Source of the DNA: Minisyncoccota bacterium
GTDB lineage: Bacteria; Patescibacteriota; Minisyncoccia; Phycocordibacterales; WO2-35-19
Assembly (NCBI GenBank): GCA_036517255.1
Contig: DATDXE010000004.1
Coordinates: 30,543 to 94,542 of the forward strand
Length of the DNA: 64,000 nt
Direction: 5' to 3'
A program made the position numbers and the translations under genes. How positions within the stretch are numbered: position 1 is the stretch's first letter; each line of letters begins with the position of its first letter. Under the pieces are notes generated by a model. That model searched no databases. It was not told the origin of the DNA and saw nothing but the letters and a program-made list of their open reading frames with translations. This document shows, piece by piece, positions 9,443-21,231 of this stretch.

Positions 9443-10480
9443 ATGAAGAAATTTCTCTCTCCTAAAATTTTGATTCTCACTACTGTTATCCTGCTTGGAG
9501 GAGTACTTTTATATTGGAAGCAAAATTCGAACAAGGCAATCGGAAATTTGAATGTATACGAAGGTAAAACTACGATCACTCGGGCTGAAAAATTGGTAGA
9601 AGGTAGAACGGGTATAGAGGTAAAAAGGATGGATGGGGTCAAAATAAACACTGACGCAAGAGCTTCTATCGTATTGAAAAATGGTGGCCTCTTGCGCCTC
9701 GAATCAGGTTCGGAAGTGGAAATATTGGGAGAAGACAATTTCAAATTGAAGAGTGGTCGAATGTGGTCGAGAGTAGAACCATTATCAGAAAATGAGTCTT
9801 ACAGTGTCGAAACTCCGACTGCGGTCGCCACCGTGCGAGGCACTATTTTTAATGTTGATTATTTATTTAATATAAGCCAGCTCTATGTGGATAGCGGTTT
9901 GGTAAATATGGCTCTGCTCATGGGTACTCCTGAAGAAAAGAAAGGTAAAGAAACTTTGTCGGGAGAACTTTTCGTATTAAGAGACAATAATTTAAAAAAT
10001 GATTTTGCAAAGGGGCCAGTACCTGCACCGAAAGAATTCTATGATGATTGGATACAGTGGAATGTGGATGAAGATGCTAAAGCAGGCTTTACAGAATGGG
10101 CCCATCCTGCTGAAGAAGAAATCGTAGAAGCCGTTCCTATAAACATAGTAAATCCTCCCAAACAAGTAGAGAAAAAAATCACTTCCATATTCCTTTATGG
10201 AAATAAATCTAAAATAAAACAAGGCGAGGAGACTAGACTTCTGGTAAGAGCTAGTTATCCTGATGGCTCTGTGCAAGAAGTGCCATTTGCAAATTTGACT
10301 TGGATAAAAAGTGAAAAGTGGGGAAACATAACTTCCCCCGGCTATTTCGGGAGCAATACAGTGGGTACGACTACCATATCGGCCCAAATAGGTAACTTAG
10401 TTTCAAACAGAGTCACTGTCGTAATCGAAGCGAATCCTGTTGTTCCTCCTCCAAACCCAAATACATATTATGAACCGTAA
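9443..10480 (+). CDS. FecR-domain membrane-anchored protein
   Basis: N-terminal TM; TAVATVRGTIFNVDY FecR-like beta-sandwich signature; C-terminal Ig-like segment. Confidence 0.6.
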   Translation: MKKFLSPKILILTTVILLGGVLLYWKQNSNKAIGNLNVYEGKTTITRAEKLVEGRTGIEVKRMDGVKINTDARASIVLKNGGLLRLESGSEVEILGEDNFKLKSGRMWSRVEPLSENESYSVETPTAVATVRGTIFNVDYLFNISQLYVDSGLVNMALLMGTPEEKKGKETLSGELFVLRDNNLKNDFAKGPVPAPKEFYDDWIQWNVDEDAKAGFTEWAHPAEEEIVEAVPINIVNPPKQVEKKITSIFLYGNKSKIKQGEETRLLVRASYPDGSVQEVPFANLTWIKSEKWGNITSPGYFGSNTVGTTTISAQIGNLVSNRVTVVIEANPVVPPPNPNTYYEP

Positions 10481-12179
10481 CAAGTTTTACTTTTCTTTTG
10501 GATTCCTCACAATAGTGGTTCTTACTCTCATAAATTATTCTGGGGTATTTCAAAATTTTGAATATAGAGCTCTCGACATTTTCCGTTCAGCTCACTCAGC
10601 TCATCCCGATATCGTGATCGCCGCGATTGATAATAAGAGCATAGAAGAAATAGGTCGTTGGCCATGGAATCGAAAAGTGCACGCCGATTTTCTAAATGTT
10701 TTAGATTCCTATGGACCTCAAGTATTAGCTTTTGATATAAATTTTTCTGAAAAGCAAGATGACCTAAACGATAGTGCGTTCGCTTTTGCTATAGAAAATG
10801 CTTCTTTCCCAACAGTACTTACTACCCAAGCTATATTTACAAAAAATTCTGAAACTCCCCAATCATTTTTAAAACCAGTCATATTTTCGAAAAACACTGG
10901 CCACGTGAATGTTCCTGAGAGCGATGATGGTATTACCAGAAAATTTCCTGAATCTCTTGGGACAAAAGAAGAAACATTTCTACCATTTAGTTTCAAATTG
11001 GCAGAAATAGTGGGAGCAAATTTACCAAAAGAACAAAACCTCCTTATAGATTTCAGTGGCAAGGCTGGATCTTTCCAAACAATTTCATACAGCGATGTTT
11101 TAAATCGTAAAATAAAAAGTGAAGATTTGAAAGATAAAATAATTTTGGTGGGGGCGACCGCAAGCGACCTGCGCGATTACGTTTATGTCCCAGTAGCAGG
11201 TGAAATTATCTCCGGAGTCGAGTGGCATGCAAATGTTTTGGACAATATTCTCTTAAGTAGAGCTGTTGCTTATGCGCCAACTAAATACTATGTTCTGCTC
11301 GGCCTAATAATTTGGCTGATCATTTTGCTTTTACCCCTTTCAATAAAAACAAGTAATGTTTCAAAAATATTTACTGTACTAGTTATCGGGCTACCAATAG
11401 CAAGCCTAATACTGTGGCAAACCGAAAGTGTCGCCCTCCCCTTCTTCATCAATCTTGTCGGACTGATCCTAATATTCTTGATACGTTCTGGTTATAAATG
11501 GTACCAGGTTGAGATGGAAAAAAGGAAACTGCATAGGACTATCCAAAATAGATTTTCGCCTCAAGTGGTAGAAGCGATCATGCATGATCCGGAACTGCTG
11601 AAGCTCGGCGGAGTACGTAAAGAAGTAACGGTGCTCTTTTCCGATATCCGCAATTTCACCACCATTAGCGAATCAGTTGCTCCGGAAACTCTTTCCAAAT
11701 TACTGCACGAATATTTCACTGAAATGACGGAGGAGGTGCTCGCGACCGACGGCGTACTCGATAAATTCATAGGCGACGCTGTCATGGCTTTCTGGGGCGC
11801 GCCGATAGAGCAAAGTGACCAAGTTGATAGAGCGGTCAAAACAGGGCTTGGTATGCTGCGACGTCTTACCGCTCTACAAAATAAATGGAAAAAACAAGAT
11901 ATGCCTTTTATAGATATCGGCATCGGCATCCACACCGGCATTGCTACCGTCGGTAACATGGGTTCAGAAAAACGTTTCGATTACACTGTGATCGGTGACA
12001 CAGTCAACATAGCCTCTCGCCTTGAAGGTTTGAATAAGGAATACCAGACCCACTTCATTATATCCGAAGCCACTCTCCACAAAATTTCTCCTTCCCTGAA
12101 CATCCAATCAAAACCCCTCGGCGAAGCCCTCGTCAAAGGCAAAACCCAAGGTGTAAATATTTTTGAAGTTAGCGAATAA
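10470..12179 (+). CDS. CHASE2-sensor adenylate/guanylate cyclase
   Basis: ATG 10470 (MNRNKF) overlaps FecR stop; CHASE2 region, 3 TM, class III cyclase motifs VTVLFSDIRNFT..FIGDAVMAFWGAP..GIHTG..GDTVNIASRLE. Confidence 0.8.
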   Translation: MNRNKFYFSFGFLTIVVLTLINYSGVFQNFEYRALDIFRSAHSAHPDIVIAAIDNKSIEEIGRWPWNRKVHADFLNVLDSYGPQVLAFDINFSEKQDDLNDSAFAFAIENASFPTVLTTQAIFTKNSETPQSFLKPVIFSKNTGHVNVPESDDGITRKFPESLGTKEETFLPFSFKLAEIVGANLPKEQNLLIDFSGKAGSFQTISYSDVLNRKIKSEDLKDKIILVGATASDLRDYVYVPVAGEIISGVEWHANVLDNILLSRAVAYAPTKYYVLLGLIIWLIILLLPLSIKTSNVSKIFTVLVIGLPIASLILWQTESVALPFFINLVGLILIFLIRSGYKWYQVEMEKRKLHRTIQNRFSPQVVEAIMHDPELLKLGGVRKEVTVLFSDIRNFTTISESVAPETLSKLLHEYFTEMTEEVLATDGVLDKFIGDAVMAFWGAPIEQSDQVDRAVKTGLGMLRRLTALQNKWKKQDMPFIDIGIGIHTGIATVGNMGSEKRFDYTVIGDTVNIASRLEGLNKEYQTHFIISEATLHKISPSLNIQSKPLGEALVKGKTQGVNIFEVSE

Positions 12180-12194
12180 TTTTAACTACAAATT

Positions 12195-13106
12195 TTAGTA
12201 ATAATTCTTTGATAAATAGGCTCTTCCAGAATCAGCAAAAACCATAACCACCAAATCACCCTCGCTTAATTGTTTTGCATATTCACTTCCAGCGTAAGCG
12301 ACAGCTCCTGCACTACCACCGATTAATAATCCGTGTTCGCGAGCCATAGTTTTAAGCATTTTTATTGCCTGTTCATCAGTTACTGGGAAAAATTCATCGA
12401 TTACTTTTTCATCTACACAAGGAGCGTTAAAATCTATACCGATACCCTCAAGTTTATATGGTTTAGGATTACCTTTAGTCTGATGAAAAGATGTGGCTGT
12501 ATCGACTGCTATAACTTTAATATTAGAATCTTTTTCTTTAAGGAATTTTCCTACTCCGCTAATATGACCACCGGTACCTACAGCCGCAATAAAATGTGTA
12601 ACCTTTCCCTCAGTCTGCTTCCAAATTTCAGGAGCTAATGAATGATAATACGTTTCAGGATTTTTCAAATTAAAATATTGATCCGGCATAAAAGCGTTCG
12701 GAGTTTCAGTTAAGATAGTTTTCGCTCGATTGTGATAACTATCAGGATCATCAATAGAATCAGTTAACGGACATTCTACGATTTCTGCTCCATACGCCTT
12801 GATAGCTTTGATTTTTTCCTGACTTACTTTCTCTCCTGATAAAGTAATGACGACTTTGTATTTTTTGATAGCACCAATCATTGCTAGAGCTATGGCTTGA
12901 TTACCAGAAGACGCCTCAATGATCGTGCCGCCAGGTTTTAATAAACCTTCTTTTTCCGCCTGCTCAATCATGTAAAGAGCAGAACGATCTTTGATACTTC
13001 CACCTGGGTTTAAATATTCTAATTTAGCCAAAAATTTAGCGGGTCCAGAAAAACCGACTTGGATTAAAGGGGTATTACCTATTAAGCTCAAAACATCTTT
13101 AAACAT
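12195..13106 (-). CDS. cysK: cysteine synthase family PLP enzyme
   Basis: LIGNTPL..NPGGSIKDR (PLP lysine), GTGGHISG glycine loop; fold-type II PLP enzyme. Confidence 0.8.
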   Translation of the reverse strand: MFKDVLSLIGNTPLIQVGFSGPAKFLAKLEYLNPGGSIKDRSALYMIEQAEKEGLLKPGGTIIEASSGNQAIALAMIGAIKKYKVVITLSGEKVSQEKIKAIKAYGAEIVECPLTDSIDDPDSYHNRAKTILTETPNAFMPDQYFNLKNPETYYHSLAPEIWKQTEGKVTHFIAAVGTGGHISGVGKFLKEKDSNIKVIAVDTATSFHQTKGNPKPYKLEGIGIDFNAPCVDEKVIDEFFPVTDEQAIKMLKTMAREHGLLIGGSAGAVAYAGSEYAKQLSEGDLVVMVFADSGRAYLSKNYY

Positions 13107-13112
13107 AATGGA

Positions 13113-14045
13113 TTAAGGTGTCGACTTGAAAATACTACACACATGACCTGCTTGCTTTCCTTCTTTTTCGAATGCTTCTAGGGCTTGCGTGGCTGTAATT
13201 CTAAATGGTTTCAAAACTTCTTTTAACTTGGGAGTGCTCCATTTTTGATTTTCAAGCTTGTCCTGCCAAAAGGCCCATGTTTTTTCGTGATCATAAAAAT
13301 CAAATTCGACACCATTTTTCTCGTCCCTAGAATAACCCGCTAGAGTATCTTCCGGTTCACTTTGAATTTTATAGATACTGACCAATTCTTTTACTTCATA
13401 TTTATTGGCAAAATAGAGTTGCTCCAAAACTTCATACGGGACTCTAGCACCTACGGCATTTACAATAACCCCTCCTGGATTTAGAACCTGTTTAGCTTGT
13501 TTTAAAAATAAATACTGTAGAGTCAGAGACCATTTCTGTAAAATCTCTGGACAATCTTCTACGTCACGAGCTAGGAATTGAGATGCAGCAACCTTCTTAT
13601 CAAACACGAGTCCATCAGAAGGAACATTGGGAATATTAGCGTACACCAAATCGACTTTTATACCTCTATCAATCAATGGCTGACATAAATCACCCAAGTA
13701 AGTTTCTACTTCCGTGCTATCGCCAATCAAAGATTTAGCATTTTTTTGAGCAAGTTCTGGAATGTTTGGATGAATGTCTACCTGGTAGATTTTCTTCGGA
13801 TGGAAAAGTTCGTAGACTCCGATTGAATCAATCCCAGAACCTGTACCAATAGTAGCAAAAGTTTCTGCTTTAAAACCTTCTTTCTTTAGTTCCTGAAAAC
13901 CCAAAAATACAGGATACAGCCAACTATCCTTCGGTTTTTTAGGATCGAAGTCATAGGTATTACTATTCATTTCTACTAGACCCATCTTGTCTATACCCAC
14001 TGTACTAAAAAGATCTCCTACTTCTAATGTCCAGGTTTTATCCAT
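13113..14045 (-). CDS. class I SAM-dependent methyltransferase (HemK/PrmC-like NxPN motif)
   Basis: TIGTGSGIDSIG (motif I) and DLVYANIPNVP (motif IV variant); ORF-track start at 14087 is TTG, ATG at 14045 preferred. Confidence 0.6.
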   Translation of the reverse strand: MDKTWTLEVGDLFSTVGIDKMGLVEMNSNTYDFDPKKPKDSWLYPVFLGFQELKKEGFKAETFATIGTGSGIDSIGVYELFHPKKIYQVDIHPNIPELAQKNAKSLIGDSTEVETYLGDLCQPLIDRGIKVDLVYANIPNVPSDGLVFDKKVAASQFLARDVEDCPEILQKWSLTLQYLFLKQAKQVLNPGGVIVNAVGARVPYEVLEQLYFANKYEVKELVSIYKIQSEPEDTLAGYSRDEKNGVEFDFYDHEKTWAFWQDKLENQKWSTPKLKEVLKPFRITATQALEAFEKEGKQAGHVCSIFKSTP

Positions 14046-14160
14046 ACTAAAAATGTACAACAAATCTATATTAAATACAAAACCCAAGCAGTAAATATTT
14101 TTGAGGTTTCAGAGTATATTTAGTTTTTATTATTAAAGTATTAGTATTTTCTGATAATAT

Positions 14161-14670
14161 ATGTTGGTGGATAAGAAAGAAAATAATCTTGCTTTTATAG
14201 ATGGACAAAATCTTCATCTCGGTACCATACAAAATGGTTGGAAGATTAATTTCAACAAATTTCGCATTTATTTGAAAGATAAATATAAAACTAAAGAAGC
14301 ATATTATTTTCTAGGGTATGTATCTGAAGAACAACAAGATTTATACAACAATCTACAAAAAGCGGGATTCATTGTTTTATTTAAAGAACATAATTCGGCA
14401 TTAATTGCCAAAAAGAAAGGAAACGTAGATACCGACATAGTTTTTGAAATAATGAAAAACCTTATTGATAATAAAGATTTTTACAAAATTATTCTGATTT
14501 CAAGTGATGGTGATTATAAAAAAGTCGTTGACTACATGATCAAAAAAGATGTTTTTAAGAAAATACTCTTTCCAAACAAAGAGTTCGCATCATCTTTATA
14601 TAAAAGTTTGGGTTCAGAATTCTTCGATTATTTAGAAAATCCTGATATCAAAGCAAAAATAAGACTCTAG
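14161..14670 (+). CDS. NYN/LabA-like PIN-fold domain protein
   Basis: AFIDGQNL, VDTDIV, LISSDGDY acidic motifs of NYN domain. Confidence 0.6.
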   Translation: MLVDKKENNLAFIDGQNLHLGTIQNGWKINFNKFRIYLKDKYKTKEAYYFLGYVSEEQQDLYNNLQKAGFIVLFKEHNSALIAKKKGNVDTDIVFEIMKNLIDNKDFYKIILISSDGDYKKVVDYMIKKDVFKKILFPNKEFASSLYKSLGSEFFDYLENPDIKAKIRL

Positions 14671-14804
14671 ATAAAAGAAAAGGGCTCCTTAGGTATAAAC
14701 CGTTCGGATCCCTCCTCGTCTTAATACAAACACATTATACACTTACCTGTGATGAAATACAAGTAAATATAGAAAATAGTAAATATAGGCAAAAGTAAGC
14801 AAAA

Positions 14805-15341
14805 TTAAACTGAATAGAACACTTTTTTATAGCTTTTACTTTCGATAAATCTGGTTACCGCTCTCACACATATAAATACAATCAGGGCCGTCATTTGGCC
14901 CAAAATATTTTCGGCGATAATAAAGTAGAGCCCGAGAGCAACAATCATTTCGACAAAATCATACAAGAACCAAGTATTCAAAAACATTAGGTCGGAGTGA
15001 GGCACTCTGTGTTCGCTTTTGATCCGCCATATCCACAAAATATCAGCTAAACGATAGAAAGCAAAAGACATTAAGAAATAGCTAACCGTTTTTTGGGTTC
15101 CAAATATAAGTAGGAACATGCTGAAAATGATGAGGGTGTGCAATATGACATCTATCTCCAACTTCAAAGCATATTTTTTGGCAAGGGGATTGTAATCGAT
15201 CCAATAATCAATAATATTCAAGTAAGCAAAAATAAAAGCGATATATTGCCATGGCTCGCGCAGTTCGGTCCAAAACTGAAAACCAATACCAAGCACCACT
15301 CCGATCATGACATCAATAAACTTCAATTGAAACTTCGGCAT
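14805..15341 (-). CDS. hypothetical polytopic membrane protein
   Basis: 178 aa, five predicted hydrophobic helices. Confidence 0.4.
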   Translation of the reverse strand: MPKFQLKFIDVMIGVVLGIGFQFWTELREPWQYIAFIFAYLNIIDYWIDYNPLAKKYALKLEIDVILHTLIIFSMFLLIFGTQKTVSYFLMSFAFYRLADILWIWRIKSEHRVPHSDLMFLNTWFLYDFVEMIVALGLYFIIAENILGQMTALIVFICVRAVTRFIESKSYKKVFYSV

Positions 15342-15360
15342 ACTAAAATTCTAACACGAA

Positions 15361-15909
15361 TTACACTACTTCATATTCCCAACCTGGTTTCCAGGATTTG
15401 GTTTTACGCCAATCTTCGGCGAGAGCTTGTTTCCAAGTTTTACCATTAAGTAAAACTTCTAGAGAAATTTGTGGGGCTTTGTGGCCTACGATAGCAACAC
15501 TTTTCCCATCATAATTATTTTTGAGGAATTCAAGAAAGTCAGTAATACGAGCCTTCACATCTTCATAACTCTCTCCTTCAGGAAAAGGTTTTTCAAGACA
15601 TTCTTCCTCCTGCATCGGCTCCACAATTTCTGAAAGAGCGCCATTCAGCTTTCCATAATTACATTCTCTGAGCCTTGCGTCAGGAATAATCGGATACATT
15701 CCACTCCAAGATAGCTCAGCTGACTTTACAGCACGCTTTAAATCAGAGCAGAATACAACATCAAATTTTTTATCTTTCGTTTGCTCTTTTAAATCAATCG
15801 ACTGTTTTATCCCGATATCAGAAAGTTCAACATCTTTCCAGCCAGAGGAAACATGTCGTTCGTTATCGGTAGTAGTGCCATGTACAAAATAAGTTATTTT
15901 AATTGACAT
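15361..15909 (-). CDS. histidine phosphatase family (phosphoglycerate-mutase-like) protein
   Basis: start at MSIKITYFVHGTT (RHG-like catalytic motif); ORF-track N-terminal extension would overlap tRNA-Ser and is rejected. Confidence 0.65.
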   Translation of the reverse strand: MSIKITYFVHGTTTDNERHVSSGWKDVELSDIGIKQSIDLKEQTKDKKFDVVFCSDLKRAVKSAELSWSGMYPIIPDARLRECNYGKLNGALSEIVEPMQEEECLEKPFPEGESYEDVKARITDFLEFLKNNYDGKSVAIVGHKAPQISLEVLLNGKTWKQALAEDWRKTKSWKPGWEYEVV

Positions 15910-15985
15910 AAATTTATTTTTCGAAAACTTACTTGTAAAAAAATCTTCAGTAAATCCCGCCGCCGCTAAAGCTATAGCGGGCGAA

Positions 15986-16072
15986 GGCGGAACCGGAGAG
16001 ATTTGAACTCTCGAGACCTTTCGGCCTACTCGCTTTCCAAGCGAGCGCACTAGACCACTATGCGACGGTTCC
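15986..16072 (-). tRNA. tRNA-Ser(GGA)
   Basis: GGAACCG..GCA-TAGTGGTCTAG-TGC..CTCGC-TTGGAAA-GCGAG, long variable arm TAGGCCGAAAGGTCTC, GAGAG-TTCAAAT-CTCTC-CGGTTCC-G. Confidence 0.85.
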
Positions 16073-16125
16073 AAAATTATGACAGCTTCAAAATAATCCT
16101 ATAATCTTACAGAGCTATATTACCT

Positions 16126-16527
16126 TTACGCAACGAATTTTGCTACCAGGAAAGAAGAGAAGCCAAAAATCACAGCGCCCCAGAGAGTGTCAATGAGAGC
16201 GACTGACCAATCCCATTTTTCGATTAGAGCCAAATTAGTAAAATTGTAAAATCCATAAACAAGTAAACCAAACAAAGCTCCTCGCAAAAGAACTGAAAGG
16301 GAACTTTGAGCCGGAACATTTAATACAAAGAAAGTAACAAGAGCCGCCATCGAGATGTAGATGAGGATGACAGGCAGAATGCGAGGCGAAACAGCTCCTT
16401 CAGGATTCAGACGGAGAATGGTACTCAAATGATTGTAGTAAAAAGAGTTGGCGATGAAGCCGACCCACAAAAGATCGAGAGCAGCGATAGCAATAATAGA
16501 AGCAAAAAATATTTTTATGGTGTTCAT
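16126..16527 (-). CDS. hypothetical membrane protein (4 TM)
   Basis: 133 aa hydrophobic ORF. Confidence 0.45.
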   Translation of the reverse strand: MNTIKIFFASIIAIAALDLLWVGFIANSFYYNHLSTILRLNPEGAVSPRILPVILIYISMAALVTFFVLNVPAQSSLSVLLRGALFGLLVYGFYNFTNLALIEKWDWSVALIDTLWGAVIFGFSSFLVAKFVA

Positions 16528-16642
16528 ATATTAAAAATAATATCACAAAAAAGAGCCTGAAATATAGCCTTTTGCACAATCCCCTTTTACCCCTTGCTTT
16601 TTATATCGGAGTATGATACACTGTACCCAGATGGAGGTGAGT

Positions 16643-16762
16643 ATGTACTTAGTTTTATTGAGTATAGTTCTAACTTTAGCCATACATGAGCTGTTCGATT
16701 ACCTTGAGCGCTACTACGCGCAAAAGGATCGAGAAGCTCGAGTCTGGTTGAAGTCCGAATAA
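16643..16762 (+). CDS. possible small hydrophobic peptide (39 aa)
   Basis: GGAGGTGA RBS 6 nt before ATG 16643; MYLVLLSIVLTLAIHELFDYLERYYAQKDREARVWLKSE; followed by a strong terminator. Confidence 0.3.
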   Translation: MYLVLLSIVLTLAIHELFDYLERYYAQKDREARVWLKSE

Positions 16763-16801
16763 CTAACCTCCTCTCCCTATACGGTTTCATTCCGCTCCTT
16801 G

Positions 16802-16831
16802 GGGCCAGCACGTGTGCTGGCCCTCTTTTTA
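16802..16831 (+). terminator. rho-independent terminator
   Basis: GGGCCAGCAC-gt-GTGCTGGCCC then CTCTTTTT. Confidence 0.55.
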
Positions 16832-16856
16832 TTTCTATTTTATTTACCCAATTTAA

Positions 16857-17741
16857 TTATCCAATGAGAGCTTTTATTCTTTCTTCCACTGGAGGATGAG
16901 TCGCAAATAACTTTGAAATGCTTTTAGCTCCCCTACCAAATGGATTCGAAATAAAAAGATGTGCAGTGGCATTACTCGCCGCACGCATGGGGCGATCGTA
17001 GGTAGATATTTTTTGAAGAGCACTAGCTAAACCTTCAGGATATCGAGTGAGAAGAGCCCCAGAGGCATCGGCAAGAAATTCACGTCTTCGTGAAATAGCT
17101 AGTTTGATAAGAGTAGCCACAATGGGCGAAAGGATAGCAAGAGCGATACCTACTATCATTAAAACATTTCCCTTATTATCATCTCGGCCACTGGACCCAC
17201 CAGACATATGTGAGCGGAGAAATATATCGGAAAGAATAGCAATGAAACCGACAAGCACTACGACCACTGTCATCACCAGCGTATCTTTATTACCTATATG
17301 TGAAAGCTCATGAGCTATTACTCCTTCGAGTTCACTCCTATCAAGCCTCTCTAGCAAACCCGTAGTCACAACAACAGCGGCATGTTCTTTATTTCTGCCA
17401 GTAGCGAAAGCATTGGGAGCTGAATCACCGATAACATAAAGTTTCGGCATCGGCAGGCCCGCGGCGATGGAGAGGTTTTCGGTAACCGTATATAAATCAA
17501 AAAATTGTTCTCGGGTAGCAGGCTTGGCTTTAGTCAGAGCGAGAGAAATTTTATCCGAGTACCAATAACTCAAAAAGTTCATAAAGAAACTAAATATCAC
17601 AGCCACATACAAAATAGTCGGGTTCTCGTAATAAACAGAAAAAAAGTAACCGACAGCGATTATGACCACCAAAAACAAGCCCATCAAAAACCAGGTCTTC
17701 GCCACATTTGCACTTTGATGACTATAAAGATTTGGGGTCAT
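16857..17741 (-). CDS. htpX: M48 zinc metalloprotease HtpX
   Basis: HELSHIGNKD (HExxH), two N-terminal TM, C-terminal HtpX-like region. Confidence 0.9.
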   Translation of the reverse strand: MTPNLYSHQSANVAKTWFLMGLFLVVIIAVGYFFSVYYENPTILYVAVIFSFFMNFLSYWYSDKISLALTKAKPATREQFFDLYTVTENLSIAAGLPMPKLYVIGDSAPNAFATGRNKEHAAVVVTTGLLERLDRSELEGVIAHELSHIGNKDTLVMTVVVVLVGFIAILSDIFLRSHMSGGSSGRDDNKGNVLMIVGIALAILSPIVATLIKLAISRRREFLADASGALLTRYPEGLASALQKISTYDRPMRAASNATAHLFISNPFGRGAKSISKLFATHPPVEERIKALIG

Positions 17742-17745
17742 ATTA

Positions 17746-18225
17746 TTATTTTCTGTCTGAAAGAATTTTATGGACCTCTTGGATTTCGCCTAATACGCCG
17801 TCGATCAGGTCATATTCGGCTGCTTCATCCACCGTCACCCATTTGAAATCGGTAGCATCATCGTCAAGCTTCACTTCACCAGAAATATAGGGAGCAAAAT
17901 AACTAAAACAAATTACGGGCACACCATCGGGTCGAATGAAGGTAAGGTCGACCAAAAATTCAGGTTTACCAATTTCTAAATTTACTTCTTCTTTTATTTC
18001 CCTTCTCAAAGATTTTTCGAGTGCTCCATACCACTGCTTTCCGTCTCCAGTACTCGAGGGAGTATCTATGTAATCATCGACAGAAAGGCCACCTCCAGGA
18101 ATGGTCCATTTTCCCGGCATCACTTTCTTATGCATAGCTCTCTTGGTAATGAGGTAGGTAAAATCCGGTTTGTAAACTAAAGCCGTGGAGGTAATCCTAT
18201 GCAATTCTTTATCTTTTATCTCCAT
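17746..18225 (-). CDS. NUDIX hydrolase
   Basis: GGGLSVDDYIDTPSSTGDGKQWYGALEKSLRREIKEEVNL contains Nudix box GX5EX7REUXEEXGU-like pattern. Confidence 0.7.
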   Translation of the reverse strand: MEIKDKELHRITSTALVYKPDFTYLITKRAMHKKVMPGKWTIPGGGLSVDDYIDTPSSTGDGKQWYGALEKSLRREIKEEVNLEIGKPEFLVDLTFIRPDGVPVICFSYFAPYISGEVKLDDDATDFKWVTVDEAAEYDLIDGVLGEIQEVHKILSDRK

Positions 18226-18231
18226 AGAAAG

Positions 18232-18789
18232 TTAGAACTGGACTTTTACGGCTTCGCGTTCTGATTCGCTTCCGTCGAGATCGAAGAATTCCATTTTTGA
18301 AAAACTAAAGATGCCGGCAATTATATTTGATGGAAATGAATCGGTCGCGATATTCAAGTCACGCACATTGGTATTGTAGAAACGGCGAGCGGCTTGGATT
18401 TTGTTTTCAGTGTCAGATAGTTCGCGCTGAAGCTCTTTGAAATTCTCACTCGCTTTCAGATCGGGATAAGCTTCAGCAATAGCAAAAATAGATTTCAAAG
18501 CTCCAGTGAGCATATTTTCAGCCTTACCTTTTTCCTCTAGGCTCCCCGCTCCCATGGCTAAGCTCCTGGCTTTAGTAACATTTTCGAAAGCACTGGCTTC
18601 ATGAGTAGCATATCCTTTGACTGTATTTACTAAATTTGGAATGAGGTCGTACCTTCTCTTAAGCTGCACATCGATATCAGCCCAGGCTTCTTTGGCTCGA
18701 GTGACAAGGCGGACAAATCGATTGTAGTAAGCGACAAAAGAGAGAGCCAGCACCGCAAGTATGATTAAGATAATGTATGTTGGAGTCAT
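18232..18789 (-). CDS. lemA: LemA family protein
   Basis: N-terminal TM (MTPTYIILIILAVLALSFVAYYNRF) then LemA-type coiled helices; lies upstream of htpX as is common. Confidence 0.8.
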   Translation of the reverse strand: MTPTYIILIILAVLALSFVAYYNRFVRLVTRAKEAWADIDVQLKRRYDLIPNLVNTVKGYATHEASAFENVTKARSLAMGAGSLEEKGKAENMLTGALKSIFAIAEAYPDLKASENFKELQRELSDTENKIQAARRFYNTNVRDLNIATDSFPSNIIAGIFSFSKMEFFDLDGSESEREAVKVQF

Positions 18790-19011
18790 AGTATAAAAGG
18801 TTAGTTGATTGAGCCAATTATAGCATAAATGAGAAAGGCCGGCAGCTAGGAGCTGCACGGCCCTTCGTCCCCGCGGAGGAGACTTGGCCCAGGGTGGGCC
18901 TTAGATCGTGTTCGACTAAAAGTGTCCGAGCTTTGGTTGTGTCCTAAAGTTTGGGCAGGTGATAGGAAAACACGACCTGAACTACCGTTATTATCATAGC
19001 ACAAACACATC

Positions 19012-20664
<1,653 letters not shown>

Positions 20665-20715
20665 TTAATTTTTCCCTGCCCGACTTTGTCATTCAGGCGG
20701 GCTTCTTTTCTTCTT

Positions 20716-21006
20716 TTAATTCTTTATGACCGCAAATATATTTTCTTCTTTCAGAATATAATATTCTTCCCCCTCATATTTCACCTCATCATAGCCATAT
20801 TTTGAAAATATTATTTTGTCTCCTACTTTTAGGCTCATAGGAATCTTTTTACCGTCTTGATTGACTCTTCCTTCACCGAGAGCGATCACTAGCCCTTGTT
20901 CTGGTTTTTCCTTACTTACAGTGTCGGGAATGATGATACCTGAAGCTGTTTTGCTCATTTCATCTGTATCTAAAGGCTTCACCAACACTCTATCCCCAAG
21001 AGGCAT
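20716..21006 (-). CDS. groS: co-chaperonin GroES
   Basis: MPLGDRVLVKP... mobile loop and IIIP motif; AGAGAGG RBS before ATG 21006; upstream Lys-rich ORF-track extension rejected. Confidence 0.9.
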   Translation of the reverse strand: MPLGDRVLVKPLDTDEMSKTASGIIIPDTVSKEKPEQGLVIALGEGRVNQDGKKIPMSLKVGDKIIFSKYGYDEVKYEGEEYYILKEENIFAVIKN

Positions 21007-21231
21007 GATGCCTCTCTTATTACCTTTGACTATAGACAAAGAAGCCTTCTTCCCAGCTTTTGATCTGACTGTTTTCGATTTGATTTTCTTCTTCATATTT
21101 AGAAAAAGTTAATTAATAATTCACCGATAATGCCGCGAATTTCGCTCGGATAATATCTTGTTTTTTACATAGAGTCAACAGAGTAGCATTTGCCCTAAAG
21201 CTCTATTTAAGTTATAGTCAAAGTCATACAT

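Noticed and set aside
18859-19011. Bacterial SRP (4.5S) RNA assignment for the G+C-rich spacer
   Set aside because: I could not find the conserved domain IV motif (GGAA tetraloop with AGCAGC/GGAAGG internal loops) by eye; left as an unassigned structured element.
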